Origin: Yuukianura sp. NJ FZ-2021
Lineage: Eukaryota
NCBI GenBank assembly: GCA_046563655.1
Contig: CM102290.1
Location: 7,564,001 to 7,628,000, forward strand
Direction of reading: 5' to 3'
Length of the DNA stretch: 64,000 bases
Made by a program: the position numbers and the translations under genes. Positions 1-12,505 of this stretch are shown here, in pieces (position 1 is the first letter of the stretch; each line of letters opens with the position of its first letter). The notes under the pieces were generated by a model. It worked only from the letters and a program-made list of their open reading frames with translations. It was not told the DNA's origin and did not search any database.

Positions 1-2786
1 TCAAGTTTCAACACCACAATAACTTTACCAGTCAACCAAAATTTACACGGTTCATGCCAAAACCAAATTTGTACACAAACACACAGTTTCAAAACACCTT
101 GTACAAGTGTTCAAAAGTTTGAAATTAAGAAAACCTAATCCTACAGTGAATTTAATTTAAATTTGGACGAAATTTAACCAAGATCTTGGATTCAGAATCT
201 TAACTGTGTTCAAATAGTGTCATTCAGGAGGAGACGCACTTTTCAAAAATATTTGGACTTGATCAATGTAAGTACAAATTTTTCACTTCAGTTTTTTGTC
301 GAAATTTTCGGCAATTAAAATGAAAAATTTATTTGATCAAAAAAATCCTATTTAGTACAACGTTCACCGGTTTTAATTCATTTCGTTTCAGTAATTTGTT
401 CAAATATGTTTGGAAATGAAAAAAAAATGTTCTTTTATTATGTCTTTGTGGACACACCAACAAATGCTCAAATGCTTTTTTCTCTGAAAATTGGCAGTAA
501 CTGAGTGTTTAATTGAACTTTTGCTTTTAACTTACATCCATAATTTTTGCAATCTGGTCGGATCCAAACGTTTTTAATATGTTTAAATATTTTGAAACGG
601 GTTTAAAAGCAAACCGTAGTTACCGAAATTCTAGCACTTTGCTCACCTAATGCTATGAACAGTTAGCCAGTTCATTTTTAATTATAGCAAATGACAGTTC
701 GAACAGATTCAAATGAATTGAACAATTGAAGTCAGTTAGTGCTAACTTAATTATTTAACTTTCAGTTCCTCATTCGATGAAACATTGGTTTTGTTATTTA
801 TAGAACTAGAACCATAAGTCAATTCATTTTTAATAGCAGAGAAAAGGCACGGTGAACTCCTTTTTCAAAAAAATTCTACTATTTTGAACTCCAAATACTC
901 CCGACAGCATTTTGCAATGTGAGGTCAGTGAGAAAAAATAGTGCAGTTGAGGAGGATACCCTTGAAGGCGGATGCAAAATGCAATTTTGTACCCTGTAAT
1001 TTTTGAATTCCCGTTCAAACGTATAATTTTAGGGCTCCCGTGCCACATAACCTGCATCTTTGGTAATGAATGCATCTTTTAGAAAAAAGTTGGCGAATGA
1101 GCACACTTAAAGAACGTCGAATGTGTTTACAAGGAAATCAGGCTCAGATGCAACAAAACGCCGGTAAAAAAAAGTTTTTCACCGGTGAGTTGAGATAGAA
1201 TTTTGGGTAAAAATTTGCCACAAATACAATTAAGCAGTTTTGCATATTTCCCTAGTTTGGAAAGTAAGTTAACAACAAGGAATTGGATTTTAAATTAGTG
1301 TAGGGGCAATTGAAAATTAAAGTAAATCACGACTTGCGCTTAATTTGGAAGTGAGGCCTCGTAACTGCTTCGTTTCTAACCGGAGTGGGTGACATGATTT
1401 TGTTTAGAAACGTAAACTGAATTAGGATAACCTGTTGACTTCAGTCTACTTAAACACACATTTGTAAGATTTCGTGTTTATTGGTTGGTGCTCTAGATTG
1501 GAGGGAACCGTGACACGACCAAACTTGAGCAGCAGGCACTTCATTATACTTTTCTAAGAGTGTTTGGTTGTTGAGTACCTAGGCTAACGACTCCGCCCTT
1601 TCCTTTAGACTAATTGCCATGTAGGGCCCTCCTGTACCCACCACCACAAATGTAGGAGGGGGTGGAGGGCCCCACCACAAAAGCCTTCCTCAGGTTAAGT
1701 TACCATAACGAAAGCCTATTATTTAAAAATTTAGATTAGCACAAGTCGAGAGAAGATTCGGAACAGAGTGGGTTCATTAGTAGGTCAACTCCCATCTTCA
1801 TCCTCTTCCTACCCCACAAACTCATCTCTCAGGTCAATGACTTCTTTTTTGAATTTCCCCCTCCTCTGCTCATTCCATTGACATTTGGACATGATTTCAT
1901 AATAAAACAAACTTTGGGAATGGGAATTATTGAGTCTGTTGCAGAGGAAACCAGGCCAGATAAAAGTTCTCGATTTAAATTGAACTCTGTGATTCAATAG
2001 AGTTAAAGTTTTGAGCTACTTTATGCTCAGTCGTTTCCCCCAAAAAGTAGGAGATGACGCTGAGTGAGGTCATTGCTCCCAAACATATTTCTGGAGCTAG
2101 TAACATGGGGAATGGAGATGAACTAATTGCATAAGGACGCACTTGTGGTAAAAGGAGTGTAACTAGAGTGATTCCAAGTGGGAAAAGTAGGAATCTGGAT
2201 TGGGATCAGTTCCGAAGGGGAGAGTAACTCCTAGTACTGGGCTTCTGGTTCTGGTATCTGGTATAGCCTGGTAAAGCGTGTGGGACTTAAGTGGTTCCTT
2301 TGGCACCTATCCTAAGTGGAAGTGGGTGTCAGTGGGGAAGAGGCCCACTAGTGTAGATGTAGAAAGTAAAGTAGGTTTGGAGGAACAAAATAAGCAGAAG
2401 ATCAATTCATCTGTCTCTCTTCCTTTAAAACTCGGTCACTCACAGTCACAACTTTTGAGCACACGGAAAGTAGAGCATGCGTCGCAGGGATAGGATATGG
2501 GAATAAGTTGCAAAAATAGACTTCAAGGGGTGCATTACCCTAATGCACAATTAGGGGGGATGGGGGCGGGGACCAAACAGTGTACGACTTGAAACTGTTC
2601 GAGGACTGAATAGGGAGCAATGACTTCTCGTTTTGTAATGTCACAATCCAATGTTGTTAATTTCCTAGGTAGGCTGTTGCAAATGGATTTAGAACAAAAT
2701 GGCGTCTGAGAACAGCGAGGATCAACGTGCGCATGACCTCGAGAGGATTTTGCCAATGCTAAGGCACAAATCGAGGCTCCGAAGAG

Positions 2787-5334
2787 ATGCACGAAGGGAA
2801 AAGTTTGAGCAGTTCGGCTACAGGAGGAGATGAAGTCAAAATGGAACTTGACCTGTCCATGGGCGGCAGAAATGGAGAGGTCAAGGATCAACAACAACTT
2901 GATTTGAAACTTTTAAAAAAAACGGACATTGTTCAAAATGGCGGGATTCTTGGAGGAATTGGAATCAGAGGTGGACTGGGAAATAGTAGCAGCGGAGGCG
3001 GAAGTGCTGGAGAAGACTCCAGCAGTGACGAGCCGCTTGTCCAACTTCATCCAACCCGACATCCCACACATCGTCACCGACATTCCCTCCCGCCTAAAAA
3101 GTATCGTCTCAAGGACTCTGGAACGGTTTCGGCATCTCATGGACTGAAGCTGTCCTCCAGTCCGTTTGTGTCATTCGACGCTGGATCGGAAGACAAAGAA
3201 GAAGATGCTGGCGGAGGAAACATGGAGGATTTGAATCAAGATGATGACGACTGTTCTCAGAAAGATGGTTTACTTCAACATTCCTTCACTTCAGGCGAAG
3301 TAATTTGTTCTTTTAGCACTACAAACACAAAATTAAATTGAATTGAATTATAATTTTCCACTAAATTTGTTGTTCTAAAAAAATAGAATTCAGATTCTGA
3401 AATGGGCGGGTATGGAGATGGGGATGAGTCAAGTAAGCAAGAAGGGGATGACGCTGGAAAGAAAATTTTTGAATGTGATGTGTGTAACATGAAGTTTTCC
3501 AACGGGGCCAATATGCGACGACATCGCATGAGACACACGGGTAAAACTTTTAACCAAAATTTTTTTTTCTACCAAAAATTTTTTTAAATGTTTTATAAAA
3601 AATGTTTTATGGTTTTCATATTTTCAAGCAGGAGTAAAGCCATTCGAATGTCGAGTCTGCCAAAAGCGGTAACAACTTAATGACTAAAAATTCTAAAATT
3701 TGGTTTAGTGAAAATTGAAAGATCTAAAAGTAAAACAATTAAAGTTTGGATTTAACTATAAAAAATAAAAGTGTGAAAATTGTTGTTTTAAAGATTTTTT
3801 AGAAAGGACCATTTAGCGGAGCATATGGCTACGCATTCAAAACTACTTCCATTCCGATGTCCAATTTGTAATAAGGTTTAAAATTGAAAATTATACTTAC
3901 TTTTTTTTGAAATGTTGCTCCATCACTCTGAAATGACGGTTTCCTAATTTTTTTAAAATTACCATTTCAGGGCTTCCAAAGACAAATTGCAATGAGAGCT
4001 CACTTTCAAAATGCTCATGTTGGTGGATCTCATGACATTGTGAAAGCCTGTCCACTGTGTACGTACAAGTCAGGGTCCATGAAGTCCCTCCGGGGTCATT
4101 TCTACTCAAGACATGGAATTGACCTTGACAATCCTCTGCCCCATTCACCATCAATCCAATCTGGAACAAACAGTGGAAGTCCAAGTTCTCCTGGAATGTG
4201 TCTCTCTGGTGGTGGAAACGGAGAGTACAGTGAACTAGCACATGCGCTTGGATTCGAAGATCGTGACAAGTGCAACGACTCGTCCCTCATTCCATCACAT
4301 TTCCTTGTGCCTCAAATTGAAATTTCTTCCAATTCACTCTACTCCAGCCCCTTTCCATTTACGGCCGATTCCAGTTATGACCTACATGACTCCAGGCATC
4401 ACTCCAGTAAATCCTTCAAACATAACTGCATGCAGCCATATTTTGTCTCCGAACAAATTGAAATCATTGTTAGTAATATTTCGTGTGCTTAGATAATGAA
4501 GACAGCTCATCACCGAAGAATGTATCACCAAAATCAGACTCCAGTTCAAACATTCCCTCCAGTTCGGATTTGGTCGTTGTGAAACGAGAAATTCTGGAAG
4601 TTGAGGAGGGATCTCCTGAACAGTCAATAACTTCAGGAAGTAGTGGAGATGAAGCAAAGCCCAAGTCAATGTCTGTAGATTTAGGAAATTTACAGGAAGG
4701 GCCGGAAGATCTCTCTTCTGCTGGACAACTCAAATCCGCATTCAGGTTCGTCATCTCACTGCAAAAATAAAAAGTAGAGGTCAGTTTGAGGTCAACATGA
4801 ATTGAATTTTGTGGAATTTCGGGCAGACTCAAGCTCAATTCTTCGTCACTTATAAAAATTTCACCATTGAAATCGCTTCTTGGAGAAGACTGGAAGAAGG
4901 ATGGATCAGCGTCATATTCCAGACTACTTGGAGGGCCTCATAGTAACTCAACCAATGGCAAATCCAGTACTCCCACTTCAGTTAGAACTGGGCACAGTCA
5001 TTCTAGTAACAATGGAGGACACACAGTAAGATTCATATTTTGTATTATATTATATGTATTATATTTTTTGTATTACTTGTTCCAGGGGTCAGAAGGAGAG
5101 GCCATCACGTCTTCCGAAGGGCCAATGACCTTACCAGGCCGTCGCGAGCTTCCCACACAAACTTCTGTCCACCAATGCATTTACTGCAAAATTGTTTTCC
5201 CGGACATTACACTTTACTTTCTACACAAAGGATGTCACTCCGATTCCAGTCCTTGGCGCTGCAACATTTGCGGAGAAGCGTGTTGTAATGTCTATGAATT
5301 CAATTCCCATCTCCTCAGTAAATCTCATCAGTAG
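2787..5334 (+). CDS. Ikaros/Hunchback-family C2H2 zinc-finger transcription factor (~640 aa, 8 exons)
   Basis: Phase-consistent exons 2787-3299, 3387-3540, 3632-3668, 3794-3875, 3971-4406, 4493-4745, 4827-5025, 5086-5334. Four central C2H2 fingers (FECDVC..HRMRH-TGVKP-FECRVC..HMATH; CPIC..HFQNAH; CPLC..HFYSRH) and a C-terminal finger pair (CIYCKIVFPDITLYFLHKGCH..WRCNICG..FNSHLLSKSH) typical of the Ikaros/Hunchback dimerisation domain. The start codon is uncertain (2787 or 2841). Confidence 0.88.
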
Positions 5335-6690
5335 TCTCCACTTTTTGAAAATTTACACTCCGTTAGCACATATTTTATAATAAATTGAATCCCAAAATCC
5401 CAAAAGTTAGCCACAAATAAATCCCTTTCATCATCTCTAAAATCCGGAAATTTTTTAAACAATCAGATTTTTCTGAACAGTGGTAAGGTTAAAACAATTT
5501 TTTTTGAAACTTCAATAGTGTGAGTACATTTTCAACAGATATTTAGATCCAGAACTGGAAACGAAACACCAGTACAAGGGTTACATGTTTCCTGGATTGA
5601 GTTCAGTAAAGTAAATGCGTTAAAATTAGCAGTTCACAACAAAGTATTGATAGGATTTAGGTAAATAGTAGGCACAGGATACAAAACCTTAAAAAATCTA
5701 AACGCAAATGGGAGTAACAATTTAAAAAAACGTACAAACTACAGTTAGAGCTGTGCGGTTTTTGAACAGCTATTGAATAACTTTGAGGTGTCAAATTACA
5801 ATTACTATGTTTAAGTTTCCATTTAAAAGTCACTGAACAGAGGTAGTAGTTTGAGGAAAATAAACGAGAGACGGTATAGTTTTTCAGGTTTGTTTGAGAT
5901 TCGAGAGTCATGGACAAACGTCCATTTTTTAGGAAAATATGTGATTAATTTTTGGGGGAAGTGGTATTCACAGGACAAATAGTTTAAACTAGTTTAACAT
6001 ATGCGAACTACAATTAATATCAATAACAGTGTCTGAGCCAAAAGTATGAAGGTGGGTGTGAAAATTATTGCGAAGGTATTTGACTTCGACAGACATAGGA
6101 GCTAATAACTTGGCAAATCGAGATTCATATTTAAGTTCGTAACGTAAGGTGGACCGTCATGTTAAGCAAAATGACGTTAGACTAGGCGTGTTTCAAAAGA
6201 TCAACGTAACGGGTTTTTAAAGCAATAGAGATTCCCAATCCGAATTTGAGTAAACAGTCAACAACGTAAAAAAAAAACGAACAGAGTAGAGTCGACGCTA
6301 CAAGCGTCACTCAAAAGTAACACAAACAGTGAAAATACTCAAAATTGTGCAGTTATAAATTACAAACACTTATGCGGAAGTAGACGCTGTGGTCTCTGGT
6401 CAGAGGTCAAACGTTATACACTGACCTGAGACCGTGTCACAGACTACCATAGTGTTTACAGGGTACTTAACATGGCCACATGGCAGTGTGTGGTTTGAAG
6501 ATTAGGAACCAAAGGCATGAGCCGTGAAACAAAGTTACAGGAAGCAGTAACAGGTCGCTTGCATGACACAAATCAGAACACAGGAAGAAGAGTTGCTAAA
6601 CTTACTATGTCATACGATTAACTATGGGATATTTGAGATGAGAATTCTGTTCTTTCAACGTTGAGCGTCTCTGTCATTTGTCTCCACTTG

Positions 6691-9600
6691 TTAGATAGGC
6701 CGTGGAGCATGGAGCCCTTCTACATCTTCCCCTAAAATAGGCCAATGGTCACTATTGCTTGGACTCCAATCTTGTAATCCATTTGTCAACTTCTCACTAT
6801 TACTTGGACCCCAGTCGTGTAGTCCGCTGATGAATATAAAATATTTACAATAAAAAACTACATAACAATTGCATTTTTACTCAATCAATGTGCTTACCGA
6901 CTTGACGATGGACGATGCGTGAGACGATGGGCTATTTTACAAAAAAAAACACTTATTTACAGAATTACAAAATATTAAGTATAATCAGCGGCAAGGTTTC
7001 TTACCAATACTGAACCCACCACTGCCTTCTAGCTGTGTCAGAATAATTATCACTTGCCTAGAGGAAGAAACAAAATCATTGTTAAAATTGTTCACAATCG
7101 CATTAAGGTCACAGCAAAGCGTGCTCTCCGAATATAACTTTCTACAACTTCAGCTACTAAAAAGAATTGAAGGTCGAACCGATTCATTGGTGGAACAGCA
7201 TCGACTGTTCTCAACTGGCCCCTTGTTGACACGACGTTGTAACTCTCCTGGCAATCACATTTCACTTGTATCCATTTATCTTCTTGTCGGTTTTCCACAA
7301 CAACGACCAATCCTGCCCATCCTTTGGTTAAGTAGTAGGCAGTCATTCCTTCTCGTCCTTCATGCCGTTGCCCTCTCTCCATTGTCAAACGTATAATTGC
7401 GTCGGCTAGGACGTATGCGGGAGGTGCGATTTGGTCAGACAAAACTTTCTTTGAAGAGTGGATTGACATCACATACTTTGGATAAGGCGTATCAGTTCCT
7501 GTATAATAAACTAATATCATAGCCATTGGCCCAAATGTACTGAAAGTCCAAGCATACCGAGTAATCCAGTTTGCCAGTGGTTGAAGGCAAGTGGTACAGC
7601 AATGTAGAAGCCTGGTTCGATCATCTTATGGCAGCCGACGAATCCCCGAACTTGTCGTTTAGAATGCTCCACAAGTCTTCCCAACACTAGTTTTTGAGAA
7701 TCGCTTTGGCTGGCTTCCAGGCCTCGAAATAACACAACACATAAGTCTAGTTGTGACCGCTGCGACTTTTCCGAGCTCCTAAAACAAATTGAAATTGACA
7801 ATGAATGTGTTAAAATCAAGCAGCGTTAAAAAGCAAATCGTTACCTGTGACCTTCCTGAAATAGCGTCATTTCAATTTCCGTAGCCTCAAGCACAGTGAT
7901 CAAAATGCAAGACAAGTGTTGAAAGTCTGCTGACGGAGGCAATGTTCCATGCAGTCGTCTCTCGAACCAAAAGTCTCTCACTTTGCAGACGTCGATACAA
8001 TCAAAATATCTGAAACGTGCATTCGAAATATGAAGACAAACTATGACTTGTCGCACATCGACGTTCGACGATGATAGAATTTATTACCTTAGCATATCAT
8101 CAAATGAAATCCAGAAGACTCCATCATCTGAGCCTTGTGGCATAAGCTCCTGGCGTAGTTCTGGTGTCCACATCGGCGAAGCATCGCTCCATTCACCTTT
8201 CCAGCTATACCTTCCCCAAGGATTTCGCATTTGCAAAAGTCTATAACATTTAGGCCGAAGTTAGACAGTGCTTGAATGTTACATGTTAATAGTGGCGGGT
8301 TCTTACCGAAGACCATCAGATCCATTGACGTTGAGTACAGAGTATGCGTGTCGAGGGCGAAGACCTTTTTCTCGGTATTCTGCTTCATCTACCTTCATAT
8401 TGCCACCGCCGCAAGATGCTCCCTGGATGAAACAATTTTTATTAATTCGTTGTAATTGTGATTAATTATTAATGTTAAATGGGGAGAACTTTAAGTAATA
8501 TTTATTAAACAAGGCGTACCATTAGGAATCCAGCTGCATGGCAAGAAAGTAATTTAGCCCATACAAGATCTCGATCCAATTCTTCATCTGCTCCATTCTG
8601 TACAATCATAAAGGAGACTTGTAAGTTAAACCCATGAAAATGAACGACTGTTGTACTAACCTGCAGCGGAATGCTTTCACAAGGGTACCCCGTCAATGTG
8701 GCGAGGCCCTCAATCGCTCTACCAGAAACTAATGCTTCGTAACAACCATGAATTTTAGCAACGCCTTTTTCAATCAAAGGAACCCAAAGCTGCTTCCGTT
8801 TCGCCTGTGACAAAGAATATGTGAATTAAACATTATCTGTACAGAACCACATTCTACTCTTATAAGATTTGTACATACTTGGGAGTAGACTAGGTTTTTC
8901 CTTTTATCACACGGTAGGAGGTCATCTATGACGACCGTTGTCCAAGTACCATCCTTACACAAACGAATCAAGTAGGCTCCAACCGATGACATTTCTTGCG
9001 TAACAAGAATTTTCTCGACTAGATCCCTTCGTTCTGCAATAACTGCCAGGGCGCTCAATAGCCAACAATTTCCAAGGACTCCTGCAACAAGTGTAATTTA
9101 TTATAAAATTATTACTCCTCCTTAGCCAAAAGCATTATTAGTCTAAAGCTAACCTTGTGAAATGTCCGCTGGGAGCGGAGTTCGGAAGGTTGCCCACTTG
9201 ATACATTCCGTACCGTGCTCCGTGAGAATATCTTTTGGACGAACCCAATGAGAGACGATATCCCCATTGTTTGCAGCGGCTGCTTTAGGATTGTAGTACA
9301 GCGACTTCGGGGCGGGCGGAAATGAATCATCCACAAAATAATCCCCGGTCTTGTTGCAGAAAGCAACGATTTCGTGATATTTTTGCTTGGTTCCCTTTTT
9401 TGAATGAACAAGCGCTGAAAATCGAGAAGATCCAAACGATTTCTCCTTTTCTTTGTCCATGTCCCCGTTGCTCAAACCTGTGCTAAGATGTGGGGTCTGA
9501 CACATTTCACATGTGCTGGATTTCATCGAGTTCTTGAATGTGCACTTTTCACACAACCATTTCCTGCGGATTCGGGCATGTGATGTCTAGAAGTGAAATT

Positions 9601-11140
9601 CAAAATAATAAGTTGATTATAGGTTACTGTTCAAATTGTAGTTACATCACGTAAATAATGTTCGTTCGTATTACCTTCAGCTCCTTGTTCTTGTCCTTGT
9701 GACACACACTGCAACGATGAGAATTCAAGGGGTTCTGCAAAGTACATTGTTGACAAACCCAGTACTCAATTACAGCGACAGAATGGGGTCGTTCCATCTT
9801 CCGGTGAGACATTTCGGGGGCTTTATCAGAGCTGGAAGACGGCATGACACAGAGTCTTCTTCGTGACGAGGGTTTTGAATTGTTCTTTCTGTTACTGCAA
9901 TCGTCACAGCTTTGAGTTGATGAAGTTTCCAATGAAGAAAGGCATCGAATGCATTTAGTGACCGGCGACACATTGTCTTCCAGCGTTTCCGAAGTTGGAA
10001 GCGAGGATCGACGAATTTGCGAAGACATTTTAGATTTTCCAACACGGATTCCATCGTTTGTTCCTAGGTTGGAGAATGTAGAAGACGTTTCGGTAGAGCA
10101 GATACTTAGCGAGATTTTGTTGCAATTAGTAAGTTGAGTATTAGTTGTAGCAGATATTTGAACAAGACGAGTATCTTGGGATAGAGTTTCCACAATTGCA
10201 AATGCATTCGAAATGCTTTGCAAGCGTTTTTCTACCGCAATTGCAGTTTCAATCGACGGCGAGTTTGGCGTAGACTTCGACTTGGTATCGGTGAGTCTAT
10301 TTTTAAAGCTTACATATTCCTTGTCAACAGAAAGAATCTGACAGCAAGTATCATGAGGCTGAACATGAGTATTCATCGGTGCGGCTGCATGATCAACCGA
10401 ATTTATGGAAGGCAATCCAGGGCTTCGGGATTCACATTTCCCATCCTCACTTCCGGTAGATTCCGAAATTAGTTCTGATATTGAGTTCTCCTCATCGCCT
10501 TTCTTTAATTCAGCTTGCGGTTGTGGAGTTTGATTAAACGTAATCACAGGGTCGTCCTCTAGAATTGGCTCTATCCTCCAGTCACATTTTCCTCCGTTGA
10601 GAGGTCCATACCCTGCATCATCAGCAATGTTTAGTGTAAGGTCCAGGGGGATACAGCCAGCGGTGATGTTTGAATCCGATTCCACATCGGTTCGGTTGAC
10701 TTGCACGTCTGAAAAGTTCGAAGCTGCAGTTATCTTGGTTTACCAAGGTGAGATATCTCAAACTTACCAAGCCCACCTTCCTTGGTACATCCGTCGTTAT
10801 CAGGAGGGATGAAGGTCAAAGTGCGCGTAACGTCTGCCAATTTTTTCATGATCATATAAGCCCAAGGGTTCAGTACCACATCTGACCGAATTTCCTCGTC
10901 TGCTGTCACTGCCTCATCTGATGTGACATCTGACTGTCCGTAAGAATTGCTCAACAATTTCTTATCCTCTTCCTCGGGTGAGCTATAAATAACAGTAAAA
11001 TTGTAAAATTAAAGCAACAAATCAATCAAACGATTAATTAGTAATTACATCCCAAAAATTCCCCACCCAAGGTCCACAAAATGAAAGTGAACTAACCATA
11101 CAGACGATTCTGATGATACGTCAGCTGTTCGCGTCTCCAT
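6691..11140 (-). CDS. sol: Calpain-D / small optic lobes (SOL, CAPN15-like) cysteine protease
   Basis: RanBP2-type zinc fingers ([28 protein letters not shown]). Calpain core with [26 protein letters not shown] (Cys), RHAYSVL (His) and MRNPWG (Asn). C-terminal SOL-homology domain ([43 protein letters not shown]), stop at 6691-6693. The first exons 11140-11097 and 10982-10768 are phase-consistent, but the start is less certain. Confidence 0.92.
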
Positions 11141-12030
11141 GTCATACGCCCCCTCGAACCACAATTACTACCAATCTGTTCCCCGAATTTCGGCTGTGGT
11201 AAATGCGACAATCATCAAGTGGTTCACCTCGCTCATGGTAATGTAAACACCCTGCAACAAAATACATAAGAAAGTCAATAAACTGTACGTCCGCAACGGC
11301 TGGTGCAACAAAGAATCATTTCCTGTCATTTGTAGTAACAAAGTTTACACTAGAAAAACCTTACGAATTGGCTTGTTGCTGTCAGAGCGTGAAACAGTTG
11401 AGGATGTCGATGCGAGCGTTCGACTAGTTATGCCCCCCTTTCGATGACATCAAATTAACAGAAATGTAATAAGGAACTGGAGCAGAATTACGAACAAAAG
11501 AAATTGAAGTGAGACTATGAGTAGGCTACAGACAGACAGATTAGCAAGCAGGAACTGGAAGGATTCCAGGAATCGAACGGATATAAAGAGTCCTTAATCA
11601 AAGACAGCTGGGAGGATGTGGCAACACAGCACAACACACGTCAAACCCCACACTAGCATTTCCAGTCCATGCCCGCCCTCCAGATATTTCCAGCTCCAGT
11701 ATATGACAATGTATGTTTTCCGTTTACCTCTACTTTTTTAATTATTTAATGAGGGTTAAAGCTATCCAGCTAGTTTCACTTAGACATTTTTTTTCGAGTG
11801 ACATGACCTAGGACAGCCCAAAACTGACACATATTACCTTTACTCTAACCTCATGATTATGTAACGTGCAATTTTCCAAGGTTGAAATAAAAAAGATCAT
11901 TGGTGATTCCTATGGTCCTGAGTCCTGAAATTCTCAGGATTTCCAGGAGGATGTGATCAGTAGACGGATCGGACCGGAGAGACGAAACACTCCGAAACAA
12001 TTTGGTTCGGGATGTAAAGTCACTTGTGGG

Positions 12031-12087
12031 TGACTCGTATATCGTGAACTCGTGAGTCATGCGACTCATGAATGAGTCATAGAGTCA
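12031..12087. promoter_or_regulatory. Cluster of AP-1/bZIP (TGAGTCA) sites between the divergent sol and dos genes
   Basis: Perfect TGAGTCA at 12053 and 12073; one-mismatch copies at 12031, 12062 and 12081. Confidence 0.5.
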
Positions 12088-12505
12088 TACCCCAGTTACT
12101 ATATCCAAAATAAACAATCGAATAGTAGTACTGTTAAGAAACTATTTTTATCTTTCCATCTTTTCATTCCAATAAATCATTACTAATTGACAGCCGATTC
12201 CTTTAACTTTGGTGTGGTCATAGTTGAGTGTGAAGTGATTGACTGCCATTACAACTTGAGCAGCGTTGCCGCGTACAAGCATAGCAGCAGCTGTACTTGA
12301 CTATAGACCACTTGATATTGATAATCTCCTTAATTCATAAAGGGCATGGTTAACTAAATTGTGAGCTAAACATCCAAACCTAACATCGACCCAAGTCATT
12401 TGGCTGCTGCCTTGTAATAACCGTACTCTTCATGTTAAAGTTGGTGTATAGTGTTTCGTCCTCTGCTCTGCCTTCTTACGCGACATTTCGAAATCACTAA
12501 TTGGA

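Noticed and set aside
2527..2571. 8-bp palindrome GTGCATTA-CCC-TAATGCAC followed by G-runs (possible G-quadruplex)
   Set aside because: Short enough to arise by chance, with no independent support.
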